A stretch of DNA of 55,241 nt, counting the filler, from Bipalium vagum (lineage: Eukaryota), in NCBI GenBank assembly GCA_037834085.1. It is 3 parts of 3 records of this genome, joined end to end, with 100 filler letters (N's around TTAATTAATTAA, not from the genome) between each part and the next. Parts side by side here need not be neighbours in the genome. Positions count along the whole stretch, not along the records: positions 23,136 to 39,118 come from JBBMKC010134779.1; positions 39,219 to 55,241 come from JBBMKC010131836.1; 1 more part is not named here. One strand, written 5' to 3'. How positions within the stretch are numbered: the first letter of the stretch is position 1; each line of letters opens with the position of its first letter. Of the stretch, positions 38,201-50,871 are shown one piece after another. Under the pieces are notes generated by a model that had not been told where the DNA came from, made no database searches, and worked only from the letters and a program-made list of their open reading frames with translations. The position numbers and the translations under genes were made by a program.

Positions 38201-38850
38201 TACGATGGTGAATCCAAAAGTTCCCGGAATGATGTTGACGTTTTCAAAAATTAACACAGAGATTAAAAATACTGTTGTATCTATTCATTGCACTTATAAC
38301 TAAAATAATGCACAATTTTATTAAAATCAATAAATTTGTTTAAGCTAATCATTTTGGAAAATGGAAACTGCAAAATTTAAATGTCTTGTGATAATGAGAT
38401 TCATAACCAAACTCGGATAGGCAACATCAAATATCATCGAATCTTTGAAAAAAATTCATCAAGATGATGAGTAAAAGAAAACCGTTTATTAATTGGTAGA
38501 CAGATTTAAGGAAAGCATAGAAAACATAAAAGGTGAACACAGAACTGGATGATGGTCAACACAATGAGAGCGAAAATTGTATTCATTGTCGAATCGATGG
38601 TTGCAGAAAATAAGCGAATATCTGTTCAGGTTATAGCCAATTCTGTGAACATATCATAACCTCATTCCATTTTAAAAGATCGTTTGGGATTGTGCAACCT
38701 TTATGTTAAATGGGTGCCAACCGCGTTCCATAAAGAACACAGAATGCTAAGAGGAGACAACAGATTTGATGACGACCCCGAAGACTTTTAAAGCAGACTA
38801 GTAGCTGATGATGAGGCATCGATTTACCAATACGAAGAAATGATTACCAA
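38201..38850 (+). mobile_element. Decayed mariner element, 5' half
   Basis: TIR-like TACGATGGTGAATCCAAAAGTTCCCGGAAT; GLCNLYVKWVP (WVP motif) and RLVADDEASIYQY (first catalytic D region). Confidence 0.8.
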
Positions 38851-39118
38851 AAGTTACTGCATCGATTTTTTATAAATGGTTATTAGAATTGGATTTGGAA
38901 GTTAAAAATTTCACAAAAAATAATATTAATAATCGATAACTGTCTTTCACATAGAATTGATATTGAGCTAAAATCAATTGAATTTCTGTATATTCCTCCA
39001 ATTTTAACATTTACAGTCCCTTGCCATATTATTAGGGACATTTAGAAAAATGTATAAATTTTAACTTTGTGGGTGTTTGTTGGAATATTAATATAAAGTA
39101 ATTAGCTATTGAAGATGT

Positions 39119-39218
39119 NNNNNNNNNNNNNNNNNNNNNNNNNNNNNNNNNNNNNNNNNNNNTTAATTAATTAANNNNNNNNNNNNNNNNNNNNNNNNNN
39201 NNNNNNNNNNNNNNNNNN
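39119..39218. other. Artificial assembly linker N44-TTAATTAATTAA-N44
   Basis: Identical 100-bp structure to 23036-23135. Confidence 0.97.
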
Positions 39219-41349
39219 TTTTATTTCTAATTTTGTTTAATATTTATATATAATTATAATATTTAAATAGTTTCTATTTTATATATATTAATTTTATTTA
39301 ATGTCTGTATTTTATTATTTTTCTTTTTAATATTATTTTTTATTTTTACTTTTTCTAAATAATTATTTTAATTAATTTTATTATAATATTTTAAAATTTT
39401 AATTTATTTTCATTAATATTAATTATTTTATTATTTTAATTTTTATTATTAATTTTATTATTATTATCATTTTTTATTTCACGATTTTCGTTGTTGGTTT
39501 TTGTAAATTTTAAGAAAAATTTCGTAATAAAATTTTTGAAATTGTTTTTATGGTTTTAATTTCCTTCGTGCTCGCATAATTTTTCAATGGATTTTACAAC
39601 ATAAAACTTGCTGAAAAATAATAAAATAGTGGAAAAAATGACCAGAAGTATTTTTTATATTTAAAGATTCAGTTTCATTTGTCGACAATAAAAAATCGAA
39701 CAAACATTATTTATTTTTTACTTTTTTTTTGTGCTAATGAATAAGTTTTAATTGAGATCAATATTTGTTTTAATTAAATCAATTATTAATTATTGAATAC
39801 TAAACATGAAGGCATTTTTTTAAATTACCACAAAAATTACCATAAGTACTTTATTAGTACATAAAATAGAAAATAGAATATAATAAAAAATTATTTAATT
39901 AAATATTTCTTTTTTAAAAATAATTTTTACAAAAAAAAACTGTTTATTCAGATATATTTTACTGAATAAAAATTGAATTTACATTTTTAATATATATAAA
40001 AAAATAAAATATTTACTTTGCTTATTATTTTTTTAATAATAATAATAATCATAATAATTTGTATTTTCTATTATTATTTAATAATATCTAATAAAGATTG
40101 TTAATAATAAAATGATAATAATATTATTATTATTCTTTATTCATTTATTATAATTAAAGAAATTATTTCGAACTTCTTCAAGTTCGAGCCTAGTGAAGAC
40201 GTTTAGAGTCTTTCATTAGATCCAATTATGATTTTTAATATCTTAAGAAGATTGGAGAAAGCCTTGCAGAGGAACCAAAAGATATTTATTATTTTAAATC
40301 TTTTCTATGCTAAGAAAAGCAGAGATTAAAATCACATCGTCATTCATGATCTCTTGTTAAAGATCTCTAAAAAATGTTGAGGTAACCCAGAAAGTCAAAG
40401 GGGTTCAAAATCAAAAATGAGAAGGTTCCAAACGAGAAAGAACAGTCTCATTAACGTTGTGACATGATAAACCTGGTAACTGAACACCAACAGTGCTCAA
40501 ATACCAAATATTATAATAATAAATTTTCATTGGTTCTTAATTGAATAAATATATCAATTTTTGATTAAATCGAAATGAAAAATATTCAAATGGAGAAAAC
40601 TGGAAAATTTTCAGACCAGTTTCATTGTGAAGAACCTCAAATATTCAGGCCATTATATATTTAATATAATTAAAGTAATTATTTAATTATTTATTGTTTA
40701 TTGACAATGTACTAATGCTTTTTATTTTTTATGAAATTAGTCTGGGATTATTTGACAAGTGACGGAAATGTGGGGATAACCGATCAGACCACATTTAAAA
40801 TATTTTTTATTATTTATAACATGACTTAATAAAAAATATTTTTCCATACTTCAAGGATTCAACAATTCATTAAAAAGAGCTTACATATTTTTTTTATTAT
40901 ATTTAAATAATTTTAAATTAAAATATTTAACTTAAATATATAATAATAATTATTATTATTATTATTTTATATTAATAAAGTAAAAAAAATCCTCTGATTT
41001 TATTATTTAATTTAAATATTTAATTTGTTTTACTGTGCTAGTTTTATAATGCGAAAATAATATTTATTTAAGCCCGTTTGTGCTCTGTATTTTTTCAATC
41101 AATAAAATTGATAGAAATTTTAAAATTTTTTATTATTATTAATTATTATTACCGAAATTATTATTTTATTTGTTTGAGCAAATCAACATTTCATTTGTTC
41201 ACTTTTGTTTTAATAGTTCTTATCTATAATGCTTAAACGAAGTAATCAGAAATATTTTCTTAGTACGGTTTCTATTAAAAAATCTATTGATTTAAATTCC
41301 ATTCCCTGCCATCACAAACCTGAATATTCAAACAAATTTTAACTGTCAA

Positions 41350-41700
41350 ACAATCATAATTTTAAATTATTTTCCGGTTTTCTTTCAACTGATGACGAAC
41401 CCACTTCTCTAACATTTTTGATGATTTACCAACTTCTCTCAAGTTGTTCCAAGCTGGCCTCCACCAAAGGCTTCTATTTATCCTTTTCGATGACAGTTTG
41501 TAACTGGCGACCTTTGTTATCTCAACCGAGAATTTTTTTAAATCAGTGTTGAAGTATCTTTGTGTGCTTTTCCTTCTCAGAATACACTGCATAATTTGCG
41601 ACTGTCTTCCGCTCCTTTATGAACCAGTTTAAATTAGTGTAAGAAAATTGCGTGTACTTCTTTCCCCTCATTATTCTAACCCTAAATCAAAAATTTATAC
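41350..41700 (-). mobile_element. mariner N-terminal remnant
   Basis: LREVGKSSKMLEKWVRHQLKE (WVPHEL motif). Confidence 0.65.
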
Positions 41701-41819
41701 AAAATGTAGTTTGAAATGCGCACCTTAAAACAAAAAATAAAATAAATGCGTTAAAACAAATGATAAATTGTTAAAATAATGCCTAATAAATAACTCTGAC
41801 GAAATTATTTATAAACGGT

Positions 41820-42150
41820 CAAGTGGGATGTTTTAGCTCAAACACCGTATTCGCCGGACATTACTCCTTCCGATTACCGGAATATATTCCGAAAGATGCA
41901 GCACGACTTGACAGGTCACCAGTTCACTTCTTTCAAAGAAATTGACCAATCGCTCCTAACTTGGATCGTCATAAAATACGAGAAATTTTTTCAAGATGGA
42001 ATTCGAAAATTACCTGACAGGTGGGAAAAATGGTTTCCAGCAATCGACTTTACTTTGATTAATTTGTTTATTCTCGTGAGGTGCTAAAATAAATATACAT
42101 TTCAGACTTGTAAAAACCGACCAAACTAATTTGTACACGCACCATAACTT
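41820..42150 (+). mobile_element. mariner C-terminal remnant with right TIR
   Basis: WDVLAQTPYSPDITPSDY..FRKMQHDL...FFQDGIRKLPDRWEK, followed by the TIR-like AAACTAATTTGTACAC. Confidence 0.85.
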
Positions 42151-42199
42151 TTTTAATTACATATTTTAAACAGTTATTATCAATTTTTATCATTATTTT

Positions 42200-42870
42200 A
42201 AGTGTCATAGTAAAAAGGCCATTATAAAGTACGTCTTCAGCCTCTGCAACATAATATTTCTGACCTGGCATTTACTTGAAGTCTCCTTCAAAGTAAGTCT
42301 CATCGTCCATAATAGCACAATCAACTTTGGTAGGGAAATTTTCATAAAGCTTTCACGAACCGGTTTTAGCAATTTTATTCTCTTATTCATCGCGATCAAC
42401 AGGAGCACAGGGACTTGTAAGACTTGAATCCTATTCTGCTTCACTTTGGGGATGTATGATTTAGATGTTTTATATTTTTGCAACATCACGTGCTGAAAGC
42501 AACGAATTTATCTTCAATGCACTGATGACCTTGTTCGCTAAGTTGGTATCAATCAGACCCGCTTTCTTACCTGAACCTGCCTTCCGATCAATAGTAAAAG
42601 TCTAATCGTAGTTTGAAATAACTTTGTAAAAGGCTTATTTTGCAATTCCAACCTCTTTGCCATCGTTGAATATGAATTATTGTATTTGGACAAAGTATTT
42701 TTCATCATTTCAATTTGTTTACCATTTTCGTTGCTTATATTTATTGATCCACAAAATCAATAAATTATTTCGATGAGAAAGAATTAAATTTATAAAATAA
42801 TGACATTCGAGCAATCCATTCAAAGTTATCGCAGTTTTTAATCGACAACATTCATTGTGGACAGTCTTTT
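42200..42870 (-). mobile_element. DD37E-like (ITm) transposase remnant, 5' half
   Basis: TIDRKAGSGKK, LSARDVAK, and CAIMDDETYFEGDFK*MPGQKYYVA, with many stops. Confidence 0.7.
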
Positions 42871-44125
42871 ATATATATATATATATGCGGTGATAAAAGT
42901 AAACCTCTCGTGGTCTGATTACACTCCTTTATAGTCCAGAGTACTGCCAAGGTTGAGAAACGACACTACATGTAACAATGTAGAAAATATGGAGAAGTGA
43001 CTCAGCAACGTTTTCCAAACAAAGTCCTTGAATTAGCGAAATAAACCCGTTGGTGGAAAGGTAGAAGGAGGTCGTGTATTAAGACGGACATTACAGTGTT
43101 GATTAGCGTATCATTATTGTCACTATTACATAACATAATTAAATAATGTAAAATCACAAATTTTGTCCCAGTCCAACTAATAATGTCCATTCTATAATTA
43201 AATTTGGATGAATCATTAAAACAAAAGTAGCATTGTTTAATTAATTGCTCTCATTATTATTAAATGAATATAACAAAGACCAGATCATTGTTTGAAACTT
43301 GCAGAAGAACCTCAGTTCAATTCTGTCCGGGGTGAATAAATCTTTACAATTCTCTCAATAACAGACTGAAACATCCTAAACCTTTCCTGGAGTTGATACT
43401 TTAACTGTTGTTGAATGTTATTTATATATTACATTTATCAGCAAAGTTTTGCACTTCTTTCAAAACTGTTGCTATGGAAATCTCTAAGAACATCTTCTCT
43501 AAAAATTTGTTGTTTTTGTTTTCCAACGATTTTTATTTATTTATTTTATTAAAATATATAATCTTTTTTGGAATCAGAAATGTCCCCATCTTCCTCTTAT
43601 TGATAAAACCGTTTGATATTTTGACAATAAAAGTTTGAGTAAAGTAACAAAGTAACAATGAACGATTATCAAAACATTTTATCAATTTATTTGTTTAAAT
43701 TGATTGATTTTTCTTCTTAAAGATTTTTTTTTTCGTTTCGGTTGTTTGAAATGCATTGAAAGTGAGAATAAATTATTATTATTATTATTATTATTGGTTT
43801 CACTTTTATTATTTTGAGAGGCCTAAGAAAAATAAAAAAACAATAATACTTTTGGGAGGCTTGGTCAATAATAACATATTTTTTAATAAATAAATAACAA
43901 TTATGAATATTATTGAATTAAATGGTTTATTTCCCAACAAATTACGGTTGATGTTCCTTGACGGATGTTAATAAATTGGACTATAAAATCAATAATAAAT
44001 CATTGCAAGAGTGAATATTAGAATTATTATTAAAGTCCACATTAATTTCATTAATGTTGATGAAATAAACAGTATAAATAAATCAATAATAATATTCCGA
44101 TAATCAATTTACAATTTATATGTCA

Positions 44126-46159
44126 TCATAAAGGCTGAGCTCCTTCATTATACGATGCAGGTAACGAATGGGGTTTTCCTGATGCAGCAGAGGACGAAGA
44201 AGACGAATGATGGTGGTGATAGGAAGGATGATATATGGATTGGGGTACCCCGGCATTCATTCCGCTCATATCGGGCAGGTCGTATATTGCGGCAGAAGGT
44301 GTCATTTGCATATATATGGATTGAGGCATGTCGAAGTCGGTTGGGTCGGAGGAACAGTTCATTTTCAAACCGTTTTGAGACATTGCGGATATCGCAGACG
44401 AATTGGAAATGTAATTGGATGCGTATGGAGGCAAAGAATAATCACTAACTGAATGGGGACTAACAAGACCACTTATGTAATTACTGACAACGTTTGGTGT
44501 TGATGATAGATGGGATTGAAAGGGACCTGGATTGTTTGGGTAAAGCGAGTGGCGCATATTGTAATACATATGACTAGAGTAAGGAGTCGAATCGATAGAA
44601 TGGGCCAATGACGAGTAACCAGAAGCCAGATATCCATTCCCTGATGAGGCTGAGTTGAAGTAGCCCATTTCTCGGCCCAATTGATGAGAAAGGGCTGTAA
44701 CATTGACCATGGCTGCACTACCAAGAAATTTCTTCTGCTTATCCATGGCCTTATGTTTTCTTCGTGGTCGATATTTGTAATCTGGATACTGGGTCATATG
44801 GTTAGCTCTCAGACGTTTGGCTTCATCAATAAAAGGTTTCTTGTCCTCTTCACTAAGATTTTTCCACATACCACCAAGCCGTTTGCTGATTTCGCTATTA
44901 TGCATTTTCGGATTGTCTTGAGCCATTCGTCGTCGTTGTCCTCTTGACCAGACCATGAAAGCGTTCATAGGCCTTTTGACACGATCGTCTTTCTTTTGAG
45001 AATTGCTTGTGACATTGGACTGGAAAACAAAATAGAGTAATCATTAATGTTATATAATATTAATAATAATTATTATATTTATTATTATGATTATTATAAT
45101 TACAATAATAATCCCTCATATAAACAGCAACCGAAAGCTCATTACCATTAACCTCAGATATCCTTTAATGAAATTTATACATATTTAATGAGCATTTTTA
45201 TTAATAATTTATTGACAAAAGCTACTGCTACTGTTCTTGATGGATATGGAGAAAGATGTGAACAAAGATATGGAGAATCATGGGCGACACGTGACGCTGG
45301 CAACCAGCATCCCATATGTCAAGATCGAACTCAGTAACTAAGTTGAGCAGGGGGAAGCTATAGTTGATTTTACGTAGCGTTTAGTTGCCATGTTGCCCTA
45401 TTTTGAGACTATCGAATATTTAATTACCTGGGACGTTTGTGAGTTGGATGTGATTAATGTATGGGACTGATCCTTGGAGAATTCACAATCTTCATAGTAA
45501 TCATTTTGATTTCTGTCCACCTCTTCAGATTTCGGTGTTTTTAATCCCCGTTGACATGACGTTGTCAACGTTGAAAAAGAATGGGAATCGTGGCACTGGC
45601 TCGAGGCCGGCAATGGGGACGATTCACTTTTTTGAGTATCGATATTCGTACCATCGAGGCTGGAATTGGAGCTGAGATGATTTCTCGAATGCAGAGCCGC
45701 TATGGATTGAACGGTTTGCAAAGTATTGGAATCGATCTGTGAAAACGGTTTCAAACAGTCGAAATTGCTTTGGGGATTCGACAGTTTGTTGTCTTCAAAC
45801 AGTTTCGTGTCGAGATTGGGATTGGTAAAATAAGAACCATACACGTTTTTACCCGAATGCAAACCCAATCTGTCTGGAGAGTTGGAATAGATATTATCAT
45901 AAAGATCTCCGGGAACGTCGAAATTAACTGAAGTGTTTCGCAACTTTTGGTAATACGACGAAAGTGCCGATGAATAATTAGCCGGGTCATTGTGCTCTAA
46001 AAACGACAGATAATAACTTTCGGGACAATTGTAATTGTAAGGAACAATGGGGTCCTGGGGAAACAAATGCGATTTTGGCGACGGGTTATTGATGCCTCGA
46101 ATATCGGTATTGAAATGAAATTTGGAATTGATTTTTGTATAATCGGTGGCTGACATCAT
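44126..46159 (-). CDS. soxB1: SoxB1-group HMG-box transcription factor, 2 exons, 541 aa
   Basis: Exon 1 is 46159-45428 (CAG|gtaatt), intron 408 bp, exon 2 is 45019-44126 (ttccag|TCC), phase 0. HMG box [38 protein letters not shown]...[17 protein letters not shown] and the C-terminal GAQPL favour B1 over B2. Confidence 0.93.
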
Positions 46160-46440
46160 GAGAAACTAATGACAAAAGATATTGATTAATGAACAAATCG
46201 GTTATATGGAAATAGATTAATTTCCTCAATCAGGCTTACTATATCATGCATCAAACTCTGATGCGAATACCAGCTCGTCCAATCAGAGTTCGTGGCTGGC
46301 TTCCGCACCAATGAAAATCGTTCAAATTGTAAGGATTGGAAAATTGTTCTAATTGCATACACAATGGTTTGAAAGACGTGGTTTGCCCAACATTTCCAGA
46401 TTGTTATCTGGGAACAATGAAAGCAATAATAACATAACAG

Positions 46441-46472
46441 TGACGACAACGACGACGATGACGACGACGATG
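46441..46472. repeat. Imperfect (GAC/GAT)n trinucleotide repeat 5' of soxB1
   Basis: tgacgacaacgacgacgatgacgacgacgatg. Confidence 0.8.
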
Positions 46473-48959
46473 ATAATCACAAGCATCGAAACAAGACGAC
46501 GAATACCAAACGGCAATAAATAACCTGCGAACAAGTTTATAATTGATGTGAATATAGGACATCTATCTTTATGTATATACATATATAAATATGTTGACGA
46601 GAGACACATTGATCGAAACATGGACAATATTGTGAAACGTTAACATTGGGAACAAGCCTTTTTAGCGATTTAAAAAGTTATAAATAAAAAAAATAAAAAT
46701 ACCAACTTGTTGATTCAAATAATGAGTTGAATAATTATCTCGCATTGTGTTCCATCCTCCCGCGAGATCGGCTAATGACGACAGAAGTTTTGGGAGAAAA
46801 TTTTATTTGATGATTCAAACAAGAAAAGTCGGTGTAGATATCTCGAAGTAGTTAACGAGTAACTTTATTTTTGGCCGAGATTTACTTGAAGGCCGCAACC
46901 TGTTGGGATAATTGCCACTCCAGATAGCCGTATTTTTCCGTTGTTCATAAACCCCAGGCGCTTTTCGAGGTGGTGCGGTTTGGGTTATTAGTTTAAAATA
47001 TATGCTAATAAATCTCACAAATTTTTTGCCGCTCGCTTTGATATTTTCAATCATTTTTATTATTGAATTTAATAACAGTGTGGAGTATTATTTACAAATT
47101 TACAAATCTGAAATTAAACGGACACTTTTCACGCGTTTTCCCTACACGACATTCGTCCATTGCAACACATTTCCGTATTCTTTTCCTACTTTTCTTTCAT
47201 GGCGTTGATGGTGGAAATGATCACGGAGGCTTTTATTTTCCATACAAAGTTTGTCTTTATGATGTTATTTTCCTTAATTTTTTCCATTTTATTTATGGAA
47301 AATTGGTTTCCTTGCATGGGCATGGAGAAATGTTTGTCTTCCCAGAATTACTGCGGTCAGTTATCAATATATTACATAAAGATTTTTATCTTTTTACACT
47401 TAAATCAATTGAGATAAATAATAATTTAAAATAAAAATTGGAAATGTTAAAGGGAATATTTTTTCTTTGTTTTCTTTTCCGATAGTTTTTATAATACATA
47501 TTATATTATTTATTTTATATTTTAAAAAGAGAGGTATATTTTAATAATAGACTTTTTCACTCTTGACACATTACTTTTTTTTGTTTAAATTTTATTATTA
47601 TTTTGTGAGGATTAAAATGTTTTAAATAATTTTAATTAATTTAAATAATAAATTAAATTATTATTTATATTATTATTAATTTTAATTCATTTTATTTATT
47701 CCGAATTTTAATTTTGAATATTTTTATAAAAGCTTATTAGGAAAATAAGGTAATGGAATTATTCCCATTATCAATTAAGTATAACTTTAATATATTTTTA
47801 ATATTTCAAAAGGCAAAAACTTTGACCTTGGGCGCCTCTGTCTTTTGTATAAAGAGATTTGGAACTTCATTATATATAAAAATTTAACTATAAACTATTT
47901 AGTGCTTTCTGGAATTCTTAAACCTTTTACCTATCCGGTGATAAAGTACTTCATTAACCTTTTAGGATTTAATTTATAATTTTTGAAAAATTATACAGTC
48001 AAAAAGAAACGGGAACATCAATCTATATGATTGGTGAAACTGGGAGAACATGATCATATGATATCATGTTGACGGATAAGTATACAGTCCAAGAAATGAT
48101 ATTAGAAAGGTGAATCTTCCGTCATCAGTTCCATTATATTTTGTCTATACCTAGTCAATTTTTCAAAGATAGACTGTTAAAAACAGAACCTTTGGTTTTT
48201 ATAAGCTTACAGTGTTTTGGATCAATGAAATATGTTTCACTACAAATCTTCGTATAATGTAACGTATTTATATTTTCAATTTTGTTTGAATTAATCAGAG
48301 CAGATCGATCTCTCTGGGTGATCTGTCTCTCTTCTTTCATAAAATTTTTAATTTTTCCAATTTATCCTCACAAGTTTTATTTGGTTGCCCATTTCATTCT
48401 TCGCAAAAAACACATTGTTCCTGTGAGTAAAGCTCTCTAATCCAATTATAAATAAGAGCTTTGCATGGACCTTCATTTCGTGTAACTGAAAAATAATGCC
48501 CTTTTCTATCCACCTCAGTCGAGAAAAACGAATAGCTCTTTGAAATTCAAACTGGTGGAGCATTTTTAAAGAAAGCCCCGTAAATGTTATTAATAAGTTA
48601 TTATTTAAAACTGATTCAAAATATATTTGCTTTTAACACTAATTGTGCTATGTAGAAAATCTCTCAGGCTTCTCAATTTTATCTGTGTACGAGTCTAATA
48701 ACTCTTCACACCCCACGTAGGTCTAAAACACATTTATATAATTATTTTATCATATTAGAACACTTGAGGAAAATATTATATTATTATTTTATAAATTATT
48801 CTCTTTCTGTTTCCGCACAAAAATATATCGACCGATTTTTAAGTGATGACAGAGAAACAAAATTTAATGTCAATAATTTCCGGACTCAGTCATTTATTAC
48901 TTTGTTTAATGAAGAAAAAACGTGCTGAGCAAAAATTGAGGAATACCTGTGACATCGAA

Positions 48960-49280
48960 TGAGTAATGAAGAAATATAAAGCTGCAATGAGCGAAATAAA
49001 CCGTTGCTTCCGGCTACGAGAAAACAGGTGTGACAGCTATTCGCACAGCCAATCCAAATGGCGTGAGATTTGGTCTATTGGTTTGTAGTTGTCTCTTACA
49101 AGTCAAGTTAACGAAAACCATACCTTTGTAAAGTGATAAGCGAACTATTTTCAAGGAATAATGTTATTTAGAGATTTGACTCCCTCATCGAGACTATCAT
49201 GAAATGAAAACAAATATTACAAATTATGATAAGTACGCTATCACATAATAGATAATGCAAAGTGGAAAGCTGCGGGACTT
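48960..49280 (+). mobile_element. Possible LINE (RTE-like) reverse transcriptase remnant
   Basis: Weak motifs MSEINRCFR (cf. QxGFR) and FDSL/HRD (cf. AFDSVHR). Confidence 0.3.
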
Positions 49281-49859
49281 TCAAAATATTCCTAGGAATG
49301 CTAATATAAAAATTATGTTATGCTCCGGATAGGCACTCCTGACATTATTAAAAGTTATTTCTTCATCTTATCGAACTTTTCCTGGAAAAAAAAGTATTTT
49401 TAGATGAAGAATTTCTAAGACCGGCGAGGAATGTTTAACAAAGACCTTCCTGGGATTAGGTCCCAAAACCCTTTTCCGTCTCAAGGAAGCAACAAAACTG
49501 GATTCAAAATTTACGTCTATAGAGAACGATAGATATTCTGAAAACCCACCCTAGAGCTTTTGTTTTATGCAATTGCAAATGTCTTAGTAACCCTTTAGAA
49601 AATGATTAAAATAATGTTATAACCGACCTCAAGTTGAATTTACCAGGAAACAGAGACATTAAAATGGTCTTAGGTTTTAGAGTTATTTAAAGAAACCTGC
49701 CACGTTGGTTGGTAAATATAGACACAGTTTGTCCTTAATATGTTAGCCTTCTTTATTAGTGTAAAAGTTTCAATTAAAACCAACTTTTACATAATAATTA
49801 TAAGAAATATAAAGTATAATTATTAATATCAGGTTGTCGAATATGAATTTTGTAAAATG

Positions 49860-50400
49860 AAACGTTAAGTTTATTGATGAATTATGTTATTCACCAAAGT
49901 ATTTAAGCGACAGCTTGTTCAGGTCGGCCCTATAAAACCCTGGCGGACGAGAGTCAATGAATCCCTGGAAGGCCAGTTTTACGCCATTGCCGGAATTGGA
50001 TTGTTTTCCTAATCAAAAGTTGTCAAAATTGCGGAAGAACTGGTAGTTGGTTGGGCTGTGTTTGGTTGATGATTTAAATGTTCCAACCACAATTCCTGTA
50101 TTTTTACCACAGTCATTTGCTAAGTGTGTGGTCCGACAATTCATAGACATTCTGAGATGTGTTAGCTTCATCTTTAATTCATCATCAATACTAATCTTTG
50201 AGATCAAAATTATCTGTGCGAAATTTGGTGAACCAATTAGATATTGTCTGTTGTGTAGTAACAGTGCAACATTAAAAGATTATTCATTATTAATGTTTCT
50301 GGCGGTCTGCAATTTCGCGTAAAACCTGTAACTTCATAATAACACGCTTTCAGATATCAATTTTCAATAAAATTGATTAATTAAAACAATTGATTAATAC
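49860..50400 (-). mobile_element. Decayed mariner element (Hsmar1/cecropia-like)
   Basis: HSPTNYQFFRNFDNF and AFQGFIDSRPPGFYRADLNKL; N-terminal QTARNINN. Confidence 0.8.
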
Positions 50401-50693
50401 TTACAGCTTACAAACATTGTTTAGAACATGAGAAATACATAAACTACCCACAAAAAATCTGGATGGTAAACTGTTAAGTTAATATCAAATAGTCCGCTTG
50501 AAAACGAAATATAATATTTAATATATAAAATTATTTTTTAAACATTATGTTCCGGAAAAAGCCGCATTCATCTTGCAATATTTTGAATCTCAGTCTCATC
50601 TACTCTTTTAAATGATTATTATTCACACATATATTTTTGTTTAAAATTTGTAAAAATTTTCAATAATTATAATAATAAACTACAAATATAATA

Positions 50694-50871
50694 NNNNNNN
50701 NNNNNNNNNNNNNNNNNNNNNNNNNNNNNNNNNNNNNNNNNNNNNNNNNNNNNNNNNNNNNNNNNNNNNNNNNNNNNNNNNNNNNNNNNNNNNNNNNNNN
50801 NNNNNNNNNNNNNNNNNNNNNNNNNNNNNNNNNNNNNNNNNNNNNNNNNNNNNNNNNNNNNNNNNNNNNNN
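50694..50871. other. Assembly gap (178 N)
   Basis: Run of N. Confidence 0.98.

Noticed and set aside
43300-43335. Pol III B-box-like CAGTTCAATTCT (tRNA or SINE)
   Set aside because: No A-box or cloverleaf could be built
44155-45990. Overlapping alternative-frame and antisense ORFs inside soxB1
   Set aside because: Expected shadow ORFs of higher-GC coding DNA; no recognisable domains
27300-46159. NR0B-SoxB1 linkage as an echo of DAX1 and SOX3 on the mammalian X
   Set aside because: Those genes lie far apart in X regions of different evolutionary origin, and the join here crosses an artificial linker
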